From assembly GCF_000143415.4 (NCBI RefSeq), contig NW_003314357.1, positions 124,040 to 188,039 of the forward strand: a stretch of 64,000 nt of DNA, read 5' to 3'. The DNA comes from Selaginella moellendorffii (lineage: Eukaryota > Plantae > Lycopodiophyta). Positions 51,069 through 62,183 of this stretch are shown here, in pieces. How positions within the stretch are numbered: the first letter of the stretch is position 1; the number at the start of each line of letters is the position of its first letter. The notes beneath the pieces are model-generated. The model was not told where the DNA came from. It did no database searches and worked only from the letters and a program-made list of their open reading frames with translations. Position numbers and translations under genes: made by a program.

Positions 51069-52576
51069 CACAATATCGTGGAAACAACTTAGCATTGCCA
51101 CCTCCTTTCAGAGACCGTTGTGCATCCAATAGCTTAAGGAAAACCTTGTCACCAACTTTGTACTCTTGATGATGACGATGCTCATCAGCCAATCTTTTGT
51201 CTTGCTTTTGAGCTTGCCTCATGTTCAATTTTGCCAACTCAAGCTTGTCTTGCATATCCTCCAAGAAATCACAAGCATAAGGAACCCAAACCAAAGCCAA
51301 ATTCAAACTCACAGGAGACCTAGGCTCATAGCCATATATCGCCATAAATGGAGACGTGCCAATAGTCGATTGATGAGTACTATTGTGAGCAAATTGAAGC
51401 AAAGGCAAGTACTCCCATACTCCCTGTCCAGTTGGACAGTGGTACATGGAAGTCCGATCCATATAGAGAATGTCGCCATTCTCGAGTAGGTCAATTTTGC
51501 TGTGTGGCATCAAACTTGTGGCTCATGAATGCGAGAGAATGCTTAACGTGAAGCAATATGGCCCCAAAAGCACTATCACTCACATCATGGCCTATAATTT
51601 CCACCACAGTCACCTTATCATTCATTGACCCCTTCAGAACAATCCTTGCTCTGATGTCCAGCTCTATGGCAATGAAAACAATTGCCCTCTGCCTTGTCCT
51701 TCTCTCGTTGGTCCAAACAAAGTTTCTTAGCCTCACTGCCATCTTCATGCTTCAAGCCACAATGGAATAACAATTGTTTCTTCCCCGACTATGAAGCATT
51801 GGCGAGCTGGTCATCATGTTGATTACTCCATAGACCATCTCGTTGACTAGAGTTGACCAAGTTGACTGATGGTTTGGGCGAAAAGATCTGAACCTTAGTG
51901 ATAGCATCAGTCAATGTTGCTGGAAAAATCTTTCTTGACCTTCTACTACACATCCACAAAGCTTAATCCTTTGATGAAATATTGCGCCTTTAACAGCTCA
52001 TTATAGGTGTCCGTGAGACTAAGGCAAAGATCACGGAACTTGTGGGCATACGCATCCAAAGACAAAGTCTCTTGCCGAATCTCTAACAGCTGGTTCACAA
52101 GATCAACCTCTTCAAACTTCTTGACAAACAATGCATGGAAAACCTTTATCAAATCAGTCCAAGAAGTTGGCTTTGGATTAACTTTGATGCAATTCTTCCA
52201 CCACGAAGAAGCATGGCCCATAAGCTTCGTCACAAAGAAATCTATCTTCACCTTATCCTCACAAGGATTATAAAACCAACAACTTTCCCACAATTCCAAC
52301 CAAGAATCAACCTCTTGATTATCACAAACATCTGGTGATGATTTCCATTCCATGATACCATAATCCTTGGCATGTTTGACGTACCAATGGTAATCACAAA
52401 CATGAGATCGATTCAACCCTTGAGCCATGCGAAACAAAAAATCCTTAATGAGATTGACAAAATCCTTAACCTCTTTTATGTCGCTCTAAACCTCAGAAAT
52501 CTGGCGTCCTTGCCACATAATGACATCATCAAGAGTCTCTTCAGCATCGTCATGGCTATCATCACTAACACCATAT

Positions 52577-53741
52577 TGTAAGCTCCTGACTTTGGACTTC
52601 CTAGGATGTCACCCAGCCTAGTACTATTCAAACCTAAGGACGCTTAACCCCAAGTATCCCAAGACCCTTAACAGATTGGAAAAAGGGGTGCACTCTTATT
52701 CATGGGCCCTTTCCCTTTATATTTGAACCTCATGGACCATCTCTCAAGTCGTTCTCTTTAGTTGCTTACAATCCACCACGCTTCCCTGCAAGTTCACGCA
52801 CTCGTGAACAGAAGCTGAGAGCCGCAGCTCTCCCGAGAGCCCTGCTCTCTTGACACCCTACCCCTCGGGTCGAGCCCAGCGGGAGCAAACTGGACCAGCC
52901 AGATGTCAATCAACATGTGGTATGATTCCCTTAGCTAACTAACAGAGTCGAACCTGAGACCCCTCTGATACCAAATGTAAGCTCATGAATTTGGACTTTC
53001 CGGGAGGTCACCCAACCCACCTAAGGACACTTAACCCCAAGTATCCCAAGACCTTTAACCGATTGGAAAAGGTGGTGCACTCTTATTCATGGGCTCTTTC
53101 CCTCTATATTTGAACCCTATGGACTGTCTCTCAAGTCGTTCTCTTTAGTTGCTTACAATCCACCATGCTTCCCTGCAAGTTCACACCCTCGTGTAAGCTC
53201 CTGAATTTGGACTTCTCGGGAGGTTACCCAACCCACCCAAGGACACTTAACCCCAAGTATCCCAAGACCTTTAACCGATTGGAAAAGGGGGTGCACTTTT
53301 ATTCATGGGCCCTTTCCTTCTATATTTGAACCCCATGTACTGTCTCTCAAGTCGTTCTCTTTGGTTGCTTACAATCCACCATGCTTCCCTACAAGTTCAC
53401 GCCCTCGTGAATGGAAGCTAAGAGCCGCAACTCTCCTTGGGTCGAGCTTAGCGGGAGCAAACTGGACCAGCCAGATGTCAATCAACATGTGGTGTGATTC
53501 CCTTAGCCAACTAACAGAGTCAGACCTGAGACCCCTCTAATACCAAATGTAAGCTCCTGAATTTGGACTTCCTGGGAGGTCACCCAACCCAGTACTATAC
53601 AAACCCAAGAACGCTTAACCCCAAGTATCCTAAGACCTTTAATCGATTGAAAAAGGGGGTGCACTTTTATTCATGGGCCCTTTCCCTCCATATTTGAACC
53701 CCATGAATCATCTCTCAAGTTGTTTTCTTTAGTTGCTTACA
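52577..53741 (-). mobile_element. Tandem-array Cassandra TRIM: 4 LTRs and 3 internal segments
   Basis: LTRs 52577-52770, 52976-53157, 53192-53373 and 53548-53741. PPT and PBS (CTCTGATACCAAA) lie in the full spacers; the middle spacer is truncated to ~34 bp. One outer TSD CATAT/CATAC. Confidence 0.92.
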
Positions 53742-54780
53742 CATACTCCTCATTAGGATTAATGTCTTGCTCACTCGCCATCCCCAAAAGAATGTGTTAC
53801 TCCAATACCAATGAAACGAACAGGAGAGTGAACCCTAGGCCAACCTCCCAACCCTTAAGGCATTACGGCCTTAAATCCCACAGGCCATGGAATATTCTTG
53901 GAATATTCCCATGGTTCATGTCAGAAAAGCTTGCATAAGAAGACCTTACAAATCAAAACACAAGAGAAGCACTCACCTTGTAGTAAGTGAGCTTACAAAA
54001 TGCAAGCAACAGCAACAATCATGTAGGAGCTTGCAAGATTGCTAGAGATAAGCACTTGTAACACCTCCAAAGACTACCTCCTACCCTAGACAAGAATTTC
54101 ATGAGAATTGATTTCTCCATCTCTTTTATATATGGCATTAATTGGAAACGTAGAACCTATATTCTAGTAATTTTTAACTTGTGGTTCATTTTCATTGACT
54201 TATAGTTATAGGTTTATCTTGCTTAAGAAGTGAGAGGGAGAAGCAAGTGTGCATCATCTCTCAAGTTTCTTGTCAGTCAAGATGCATACATCTATAATCC
54301 ATGCTTTAGGAGGACAGTCCAAGAAACATTCATAGATTGGAGGAAGCAGAAAGAAGAGACAGATACATCAACAAATTGATCTCAAGTACTACTGCAAAGT
54401 TGATTGGATCATGAATTGCTTCTTAAATAAACCTCTTATTCATGTTGCTTCGCAACTAGTCCGACTACTTTAAAAAAACAATGGATCTCAATATGTACCA
54501 GTTAAATAAGGTATAAAATTTTAATCTTGAATCATTGGGATACATTTTTATGGGAATATAATTAAAATATTGATAGTAACATTATGTGTTTTTTTAAGAA
54601 AAACCACTTATATAAAATAATGATCTCACACTCATATTACCTCTGTATTATAATATCTAAAACATTATTTACTGTTTAATGATGAAAGTCTTAAAAGTGT
54701 GCCTTTTGTCTTAAATTAATTTTATTATATTTATTTTCTATTAAAAATTTATTCAAGTTAATAGTTTCTAATTTACTAAT

Positions 54781-55305
54781 CTAAAGAGCTTTCCAAAAGA
54801 CTTTTCCTTTCCAATAAATAATAATATTACCATAGTTTGTAATAACTAGTGTTGTTGTGATTTCACATGAAGGTTGTGGTTTGCAATAAATATTACTAGC
54901 CCAATAAATAAATTTGTTATTATCATCTATAGGTTGCAGATATGTATTATCTTCTTTAATCACAAAATTACCATCCTTTTGCAAATGTGCATAACAACTT
55001 TGAACAGGTTTAAAGTCGTGTTTACTAGTCCAAAGGATAGTGTTATACCCAATTCTATATAGCACTAGCTTGCAATTATTCTCTAAGGTTAGTTTAAATT
55101 TTCTATTTCCTGAAGTTATACTATTATTAATATCAATAGTTGAGCCAAATATATCAGCATTTTGCCCAACAAGTACAGTTGAAAATGCCCAACAATTTTC
55201 ACTATAGACATCTGTTATTTGCAAAGGAATTACTTTTTTTATTGGAATTATAGATATTTGTTTTTCAGTAGAATTGATATGCATTAATAAATCATGAGGA
55301 AGCAT
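54781..55305 (-). CDS. Bulb-type (GNA/B-lectin) mannose-binding lectin domain ORF, possibly 5'-disrupted
   Basis: FKLTLENNCKLVLY...LWTS...CYAHLQKDGNFVI...WASN...LVITNYGNIIIY..KVFW; very AT-rich. Confidence 0.72.
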   Translation of the reverse strand: MLPHDLLMHINSTEKQISIIPIKKVIPLQITDVYSENCWAFSTVLVGQNADIFGSTIDINNSITSGNRKFKLTLENNCKLVLYRIGYNTILWTSKHDFKPVQSCYAHLQKDGNFVIKEDNTYLQPIDDNNKFIYWASNIYCKPQPSCEITTTLVITNYGNIIIYWKGKVFWKAL

Positions 55306-57574
55306 TGCAGAGAAGGTATAGTCAATCAGAAGATTTAAAAATACAACTCGGATTTCTGCACAAAAAGATATACGATAAGGGTCTTGGAGAAGGGAGAAAA
55401 AGACAAGCTCGAGGATTCAAGCTTAGGAAAGTAAACTTGAGAGGTTCAAGGTTAGGACTGTATTCCTAACCTTGACGTGAGCAGTAGCGACTATAAAAGT
55501 AGGACTTAGAATGTTTTTAGACTTATCCCTAATACAAAATACATTGCAATACATCATCATTCTGCCTATCACTTTGGCTTTTCACAGCAATGTCTTACTT
55601 ACCCACCGCCTTCAAGGGATCAAAGGCATGGGACTAGCACCTTCAAGCACATGTTCACAGTCTCTACTTGGCTTGGCTCAAGCAGGTAAGTGCATTCATT
55701 TTGTAGTGTAGTTTTAGATTTAGGGACTAGATTAGATTTGAATCTCCTAGGAAGATTTCATGTGGACGTTTTCCTCCCAGTCCAGAGAGTTTAGGAGTTT
55801 TCACTGGCGACCACGGTGGGATAAAGCAGATCAAGACGATCATTTCCCCAAAACTTCAAGGAAAACGGACCAAAGACGCTCAAGAAAATGGCATAGGAAG
55901 AAAAAGCCCCAAAAATCAAGAAAAACAAGACCGTAAAACAAAAACGGTGGAAGAGCATGAAGGAATGAAGAAAAAAAATGGAGCGTAAGACCAAAAGATG
56001 AAGAACACTTGAAGATTGAAGCCACCAAAGTCGTGGAAAACTTGGAGCATACGCGTAACTGTTTTTGGCGAGAGGTTGAAGAAAGCGAATATTCCAAGGA
56101 TCTGCAATAAGGAAACGACTAAGGGAAAATTCTAGCGGCTGGAGATGGAGGAAGAATGAAAAAGCATGACTGCCCATTTGGAGATACAAGCTGCACAAGA
56201 TACGAGGACTGCCTTTTGTGTGGATTCAGAAATTGTGCTAAACCATACAAGCAATGCTATCCAAAATGGCAATGCGACACTTGCAAACAAGCAAAAGCAA
56301 GACTGCGAATCAGGGATGACATTGCCACAACGGAAGAGAGAAAGAAACGAGAAGAAATAGCCCACGAAAATGACACCAAAAAGAGTGACGATAGTTTAAA
56401 AAAAAGAAGAAAAACAGAGCACTAGTTGCTTTCAAGAATTCAAAGAAACAGTCTTGCGACTATTACACAATTTGTCCAGCAGATTGAAAGAACCAAAGGG
56501 GAGGAATGATAAAAGAGAATGAACAATCACCAAAATTTTGTAGCCCACATGAGGAGAGCGATAACAATGACGCAAAATGGAAATTTTGGGCTTGCACGAG
56601 AGACTAGCGAGATGAGAAAATCCCTCGATAGATGCAAGACTCTCAAAACTTTTTAGAAGCCATCAGGCAGCTGCCATCTGAGATTCAGGAACGAATCTTT
56701 AATTTAGTTCACAACACATTAGACAAGGAGAACTATACACCAATTTGCAACGGCACTATCATACACAGTGCACAGTTTATAGGAAAACAAGATAAACAAG
56801 AATTGTATACGTGGAGAATCATCCTCGAGCTCTCGTGGAGATCTTTCGTGTACATCGATCAAGAATTTATTTATCTTAAGGAAGAAGTTGAGTGGCATAC
56901 TTGGGACGCTGTCACTCGAATTTACGAAGAAATTCGAAGGTTCCTGCTTAGAGAAATACAGGAAATACTTGGACAGCAATTTGTAAGAGGATTTATTACA
57001 CCAGTTGGAAGCGCAATACATGAGCTTACTGACCTCAAGATAAAGGAAGGACTGTGGGCAAAAGAGCACTGGATAGATCCGCGCACGCATAGGCTTAAAG
57101 CAACAAAAATTTGTTGGAATCCATACCTTGACGTGTGGACACCATTTGAGAAGAAAAACATACAGGAATCACGAAGTTGGAAACCCGTATCAATCGGAGA
57201 AGGAGAAGTGAGAACATTCAAAATACAACCACTGCTGTATTCAGCATTTTCAAATATTACTATCGACTGGGAAACACAAATGCTCATAGTAAGAGCTCGC
57301 ATTCCCGTACGACCAACATATTGTAAGAGACCAAAACAATTATTCAAGAATTTAGAAAAGATTGGACTCCTAAAGAGAGTTGCAATCATTTGCATACCTG
57401 CTTGATCCCAAAGTTGGAGAGCAACACCAAATATTACTAGCAAACAGCTACACCGATCAATTTATGACACAACCGACCTCCTTCCAACAAACAAAATCAT
57501 GCTTACTTACACCACCAAATTTTTCAAATACAAGACCTTTCCTGAGCTAGACTCATGAAAGTGACCTCGAGAAG
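55306..57574 (+). mobile_element. 5' part of an Ogre/Tat-like gypsy element (LTR ~55306-55803, PBS-Arg, extra ORFs)
   Basis: ...TTTTCA c TGGCGACCACGGTGGGA at 55805-55821 resembles the complement of the plant tRNA-Arg(UCG) 3' end. TATA-like CTATAAAAG at 55491. The LTR start is uncertain. Confidence 0.6.
56632..57405 (+). CDS. Unknown 257-aa ORF with an N-terminal F-box-like motif, inside the retroelement
   Basis: Open ORF beginning MQDSQNFLEAIRQLPSEIQERIFNLV (LPxEIxxxIF). Confidence 0.5.
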   Translation: MQDSQNFLEAIRQLPSEIQERIFNLVHNTLDKENYTPICNGTIIHSAQFIGKQDKQELYTWRIILELSWRSFVYIDQEFIYLKEEVEWHTWDAVTRIYEEIRRFLLREIQEILGQQFVRGFITPVGSAIHELTDLKIKEGLWAKEHWIDPRTHRLKATKICWNPYLDVWTPFEKKNIQESRSWKPVSIGEGEVRTFKIQPLLYSAFSNITIDWETQMLIVRARIPVRPTYCKRPKQLFKNLEKIGLLKRVAIICIPA

Positions 57575-60500
57575 TGTCGCGCATGTGACTTCGGGTATTG
57601 AAAGATACTTGTCGGCTAGTACTTACGGACTCTCTCTCCTTACTGCCACGACAGCAGGAGGTCGGTACTGCTGGTTCCCTTTATGGTCTCTGCCCAAGCT
57701 AGTTGAGAAACTGGTCAGCACATGTGCACTTAGACCGGAAGGGCACTAAGGAAGGAAATCCTAAGTTGTCATTAAGTCAAGCATACTTGACACGGTGATG
57801 AGAAACTCATGATGTTGACTTGCACTTGCTAGTGTTGGGAACCCCCGCGATATTGAGACTAGTCCCTCAATATTCGCTAGATGATAGCTTACCGTGTTTG
57901 CCAAACACCCTCGCTATCACGCCCTTTGTGTTAGTCTCGTTTCGGTCCCAAATGCTATTTATGGAAAGTGTCTAGATTCGCTCATTTGGCATATCTACAG
58001 AATGTTGAGGTCGGCCTGAACACAATGGTGTTCGTCCCGTGTCCAAATTCGCAATCTAAGGCCATTCCATATTTAGTAAGTTTCGAGCTTGTCCCAGAGA
58101 CTAACTCCTGGTACTAAGGGTGGCTTGGGGTGAAAGCCCAAAGCGTGTGTTCCTCAAGGGGGGGGGGGGGGGCTGTGGGGGGTTCTAAATGTATAGTAGG
58201 GATAGTGGTTGGAATGCATGTCTGACCACCTGAGACATTAGTTTGGCTCCCGCTGGGCTGTGTCGCTCCTTGTTCTGCATCCGGCTTGGGTCTAAGCCCA
58301 AGCTCCATGCTGCTCTAGTCGGTGGAGTACCCTCCTTCTCGCGTTAGGCCACCGGTATGCCAAAATTGTGCCAGACTCCGTCTGACACCATTTTGTGTGT
58401 AGGTGCTGGATACGGGGAGTTGGTGCTCGTGGGATTGTACCGGACCCTCGTTTCGTAGCGCAATGGGCTTGGAGTTCGGCTCCAAATTCAGGTGCGCTAC
58501 ACTCGATTTGGTATTAGAGGGATTGTCTCAGCGATTCCTATCCAACTTTTGTCGGATTTTCTGACTCAAGTTGCATACGCAGAGACTTTTCTAGTAGATC
58601 CGAAGCGACCTGTGTAGGATTAGTTGGATTGCACCATTCGGTAAGGACGTTGTATGCATGTTCAGTTACTGATAGAGGCATGCATGCAGCTAGCGGGATG
58701 GTGAAACGGAACCGTGCTGATGACGCTGAAACCTCTAGACGGGTGAATCGAGAGGAGGAAACTCCTGTTAGAGATGCTGCGGAAGAGGCTGAGGCTGAGT
58801 CGGAAGAGGAAGAGCCAAATGCTGCGGCGTTGCAGCGTACGGCTCAGGAAGTCGAGATTGAGAATTTGTGAAAGGAGATTCGCAAATTAAAGAAGGAGAA
58901 CAAGAAGAGGAAGAAAGAAGCTGAGGCAGCTAAACCAGCAAAGCCTAAGCAACCGGATTCCTCTTCAAGTTCTGAGGACGATGAAGTTCTGCAGCCGCCC
59001 CCGGTTGCACGAGTTTCAAAGTTCAAGCCTCCGAAACCACCTAATTTCAGAGGCATGCAGGACTATCAGGTTTTGGAAGACTGGGTCTACGATATGGAGA
59101 ACTACTTCATAGCGGCAGACGTAGATGATCGTACGAAAGTTGCGTGCGCGCAATCCTTTCTATGCTTTATTTCGTTAAAGTGCGATTTATTCAGTAAAGT
59201 GGGACATTAATTAGCATGTGTCCACATGCCATTTCCTAGTACTTAATTAATATTTATTAATATTTCTATCAGTTTTTTAATTTATTTTTTTATATTTCAC
59301 AATATTATAACACAAAATCATATGAAAAGTTTTTAATTTATAAATTATAAAGTTAAAACTTCAATTTTTTATTGTTGTTATAAAAATGGCATGTGGCCAC
59401 ACACCATAAGTGGGATAATGAAAAGTCCCACTTTAACGAAATAAAGCATTTCTCACCGATCATGCCAAAACTTGGTAGCGCCAGGTGTGTGCTGAAAAAG
59501 GGCAAACTAAAAGTTGGACCAAGATGCGGTCTCGTATCCGTAAGGAATACTTGCCGGATGATCTTGGTCTGAGACTTCGCGCAGAGCTGCGGCGGTTAAA
59601 GCAGCGAGGGGACCTTATGCATTACGTTAATGCATTTGCTCAGAAGCGCATTATGATTGCAAATATGAGTGACGAAGATGCTCAGAGTTATTTCCTGGAG
59701 GGTTTAAGTTCACTTTCTCGAAATGAGATTTTGAAGTTTAAGCCGAAGACGTACCTGGAGTGTAAAGAGGCAGCGCAGCAAGTTGCCTTTAGTCACTCGC
59801 TCATAGAACAATATCAGCAATCGTATGCTGGTAACTCGGACAAGAATAAAAATTCTGGGAATAAGCAAAGTGATCGGAAACAAAGGGTGGAAAGTAGGTA
59901 CCGCCCTGGGGGCTCACAAGCTACGGTGAATAAAGGTGGTGGTGGTTGGAGACCACCAACAGCTTCTTCTGGTCCTAGGCCCTCTGTTCCTCCTCCTGGT
60001 GGGTACAAGCAGTAGCAACCTACAAAACCTGCTCCTAGCGGAACGGGTAGTGTGGGTCATTGCTTCCATTGTGGAGAGTCAGGACATAGGTCCTCGAAAT
60101 GTCCCAACAAGCATAAAACAAGGTCTCGGGTTAATGGCATGAGGGAAGACGGTGGTGGTGAAGCCGAAGGGGTTGACGAGTTGGTCAATGCAGACTATGA
60201 GGAAGAAGAGGTGAGTAACTTTCGTTGCTTTCCTCAAGTTTTTCTTGCAGTCAATGCAAACACTGATCCGTTAATGTATCTGGTAGGCTTTGTCCGTGGA
60301 CACCGAATCCGAGTGATGATTGACACGGGAGCTACGCACAGCGTGATATCCGAAGACTTAGTTAAGTTGTTAGGATTGAATGCTAAGCAAATGTCGCCTA
60401 TGCACTTCCGGTTTGCGGAAGGTGGGCAAGTAGCCAGAAAGTTTGTGAGTGATGTTCCAATAAAGATATCCAAGTGGAAAGAAAGAGTGGACTTGGTAGT

Positions 60501-61325
60501 GTTGAAGATACCAGATTTTCAGATGGTGTTTGGTATGGATTTCTTCAACAAGTATATAAAAGGGATTTATGGTGCTGGACAAAGTCGTATCACGTTGAAG
60601 TCAGAAGGACATCCTGATGTATCCTTTCAGTTGCAAAAGCGTTCCTCAAAAGATTGGGATGCAAAGTTCCTGACTGCGAGGGCCGCTCAAAAAGCAGCTA
60701 AAAGGGGATGTCAAACCTTTTGGGTTCAAGTGATGGAAGCTGAGGGTATTGGTGACTCAGTACGAATCGGTGACGGGGTTGATCCTGTACCAAAAAGGAT
60801 ATTGGAGTTGTTGGCGAGGAATCAGGATATCTTTCCGAAGGATTTGCCGCCAGGGCTACCCCCTAGCCGTGAGGTTGATCATCGGATTGAGGTTATTCCG
60901 GGTTCTAAACCACCTACAAAGGCTCCGTATCGTCTGAACATCAAGGAGATGGCTGAACTCAAGAAGCAACTCACAGAGCTTCTTGACAAAGGTCATATCC
61001 GACCAAGTAAATCCCCTTATGGAGCGCCGGTCCTTTTTGTTATGAAAAAGGATGGAACCATGAGGATGTGTATTGACTATCGGGCACTCAACAAGATCAC
61101 GGTTAAAAACAGTTATCCTTTGCCTCGCATTGATGACTTGTTTGACCAACTCTTAAAGGCTAAGTATTTTACGCGACTTGATTTACGGTCCGGGTATCAT
61201 CAGATACGGGTGGCAGATCAGGATGTGGAGAAAACAGCCTTTAAGACTCGGTACAGATCTTATGAGTTCCTTGTCATGCCATTCGGGTTATGCAATGCTC
61301 CGGCAACGTTCAGCACTATGATGGA
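57575..61325 (+). mobile_element. Gag-pol Ty3/gypsy (chromovirus-type RT) element related to family A; 3' part lost at the gap
   Basis: LTR 57575-~58501 (reverse complement of the family-A LTR over most of its length) and PBS TTTGGTATTAGAG at ~58507-58519. gag with stops; CCHC knuckle [14 protein letters not shown]; protease IDTGATHS; [41 protein letters not shown]. Confidence 0.93.
59162..59449. mobile_element. 288-bp MITE inserted in gag
   Basis: Perfect 21-bp TIRs ATGCTTTATTTCGTTAAAGTG / CACTTTAACGAAATAAAGCAT. TSD TTCT; removing the element and one TSD copy restores gag frame QSFLTDHAKTW. Confidence 0.92.
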
Positions 61326-61576
61326 NNNNNNNNNNNNNNNNNNNNNNNNNNNNNNNNNNNNNNNNNNNNNNNNNNNNNNNNNNNNNNNNNNNNNNNNNNN
61401 NNNNNNNNNNNNNNNNNNNNNNNNNNNNNNNNNNNNNNNNNNNNNNNNNNNNNNNNNNNNNNNNNNNNNNNNNNNNNNNNNNNNNNNNNNNNNNNNNNNN
61501 NNNNNNNNNNNNNNNNNNNNNNNNNNNNNNNNNNNNNNNNNNNNNNNNNNNNNNNNNNNNNNNNNNNNNNNNNNNN
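61326..61576. other. Assembly gap (N run)
   Basis: 251 consecutive Ns. Confidence 1.
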
Positions 61577-62183
61577 TTAGCCTTTAGAGTTGGTCAAACA
61601 AGTCATCAATGCGAGGCAAGGATAACTGTTTTTAACTGTGATCTTGTTGAGTGCCCGATAGTCAATACACATCCTCATGGTTCCATCCTTTTTCATAACA
61701 AAAAGGACCGGCGCTCCATAAGGGGATTTACTTGGTCGGATATGACCTTTGTCAAAAAGCTCTGTGAGTTGCTTCTTGAGTTCAGCCATCTCCTTGATGT
61801 TCAGACGATACGGAGCCTTTGTAGGTGGTTTAGAACCCGGAATAACCTCAATCCGATGATCAACCTCACGGCTAGGGGGTAGCCCTGGCGGCAAATCCTT
61901 CGGAAAGATATCCTGATTCCTCGCCAACAACTCCAATATCCTTTTTGGTACAGGATCAACCCCGTCGCCGATTCGCACTGAGTCACCAATACCCTCAGCT
62001 TCCATCACTTGAACCCAAAAGGTTTGACATCCCCTCTTAGCTGCTTTTTGAGCGGCCCTCGCAGTCAGGAACTTTGCATCCCAATCTTTTGAGGAACGCT
62101 TTTGCAACTGAAAGGATACATCAGGATGTCCTTCTGACTTCAACGTGATACGACTTTGTCCAGCACCATAAATCCCTTTTATA
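61577..62183 (-). repeat. Inverted near-identical copy of 60555-61163 (protease-RT linker and RT start)
   Basis: Same peptide [11 protein letters not shown]...KNSYP on the minus strand, with a few SNPs and 1-bp indels. Confidence 0.9.

Larger units (their letters stand above)
49584..53923 (-). mobile_element. Deleted chromovirus (Ty3/gypsy) with ~111-bp LTRs
   Basis: LTRs 49584-49694 and 53812-53923, TSD GAAAA. PPT complement TTCTCCCCTCCC at 49695; PBS-Met remnant at 53801-53810. Remnants of gag (51946-52437), RNase H (~51491-51700), integrase GPY/F (KLFPRYCGPW) and chromodomain (ELLVQWNGYSMNEATWE). Confidence 0.9.

Noticed and set aside
58455-58483. A-box-like TAGCGCAATGG plus B-box-like GAGTTCGGCTCC in the LTR
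   Set aside because: Spacing is far too short for a type-2 Pol III promoter and the B box is imperfect.
60555-62183. Biological hairpin or inverted duplication of RT
   Set aside because: It flanks an N gap and has indels near the contig end, so it is probably a misoriented contig, haplotype or second copy; long reads are needed.
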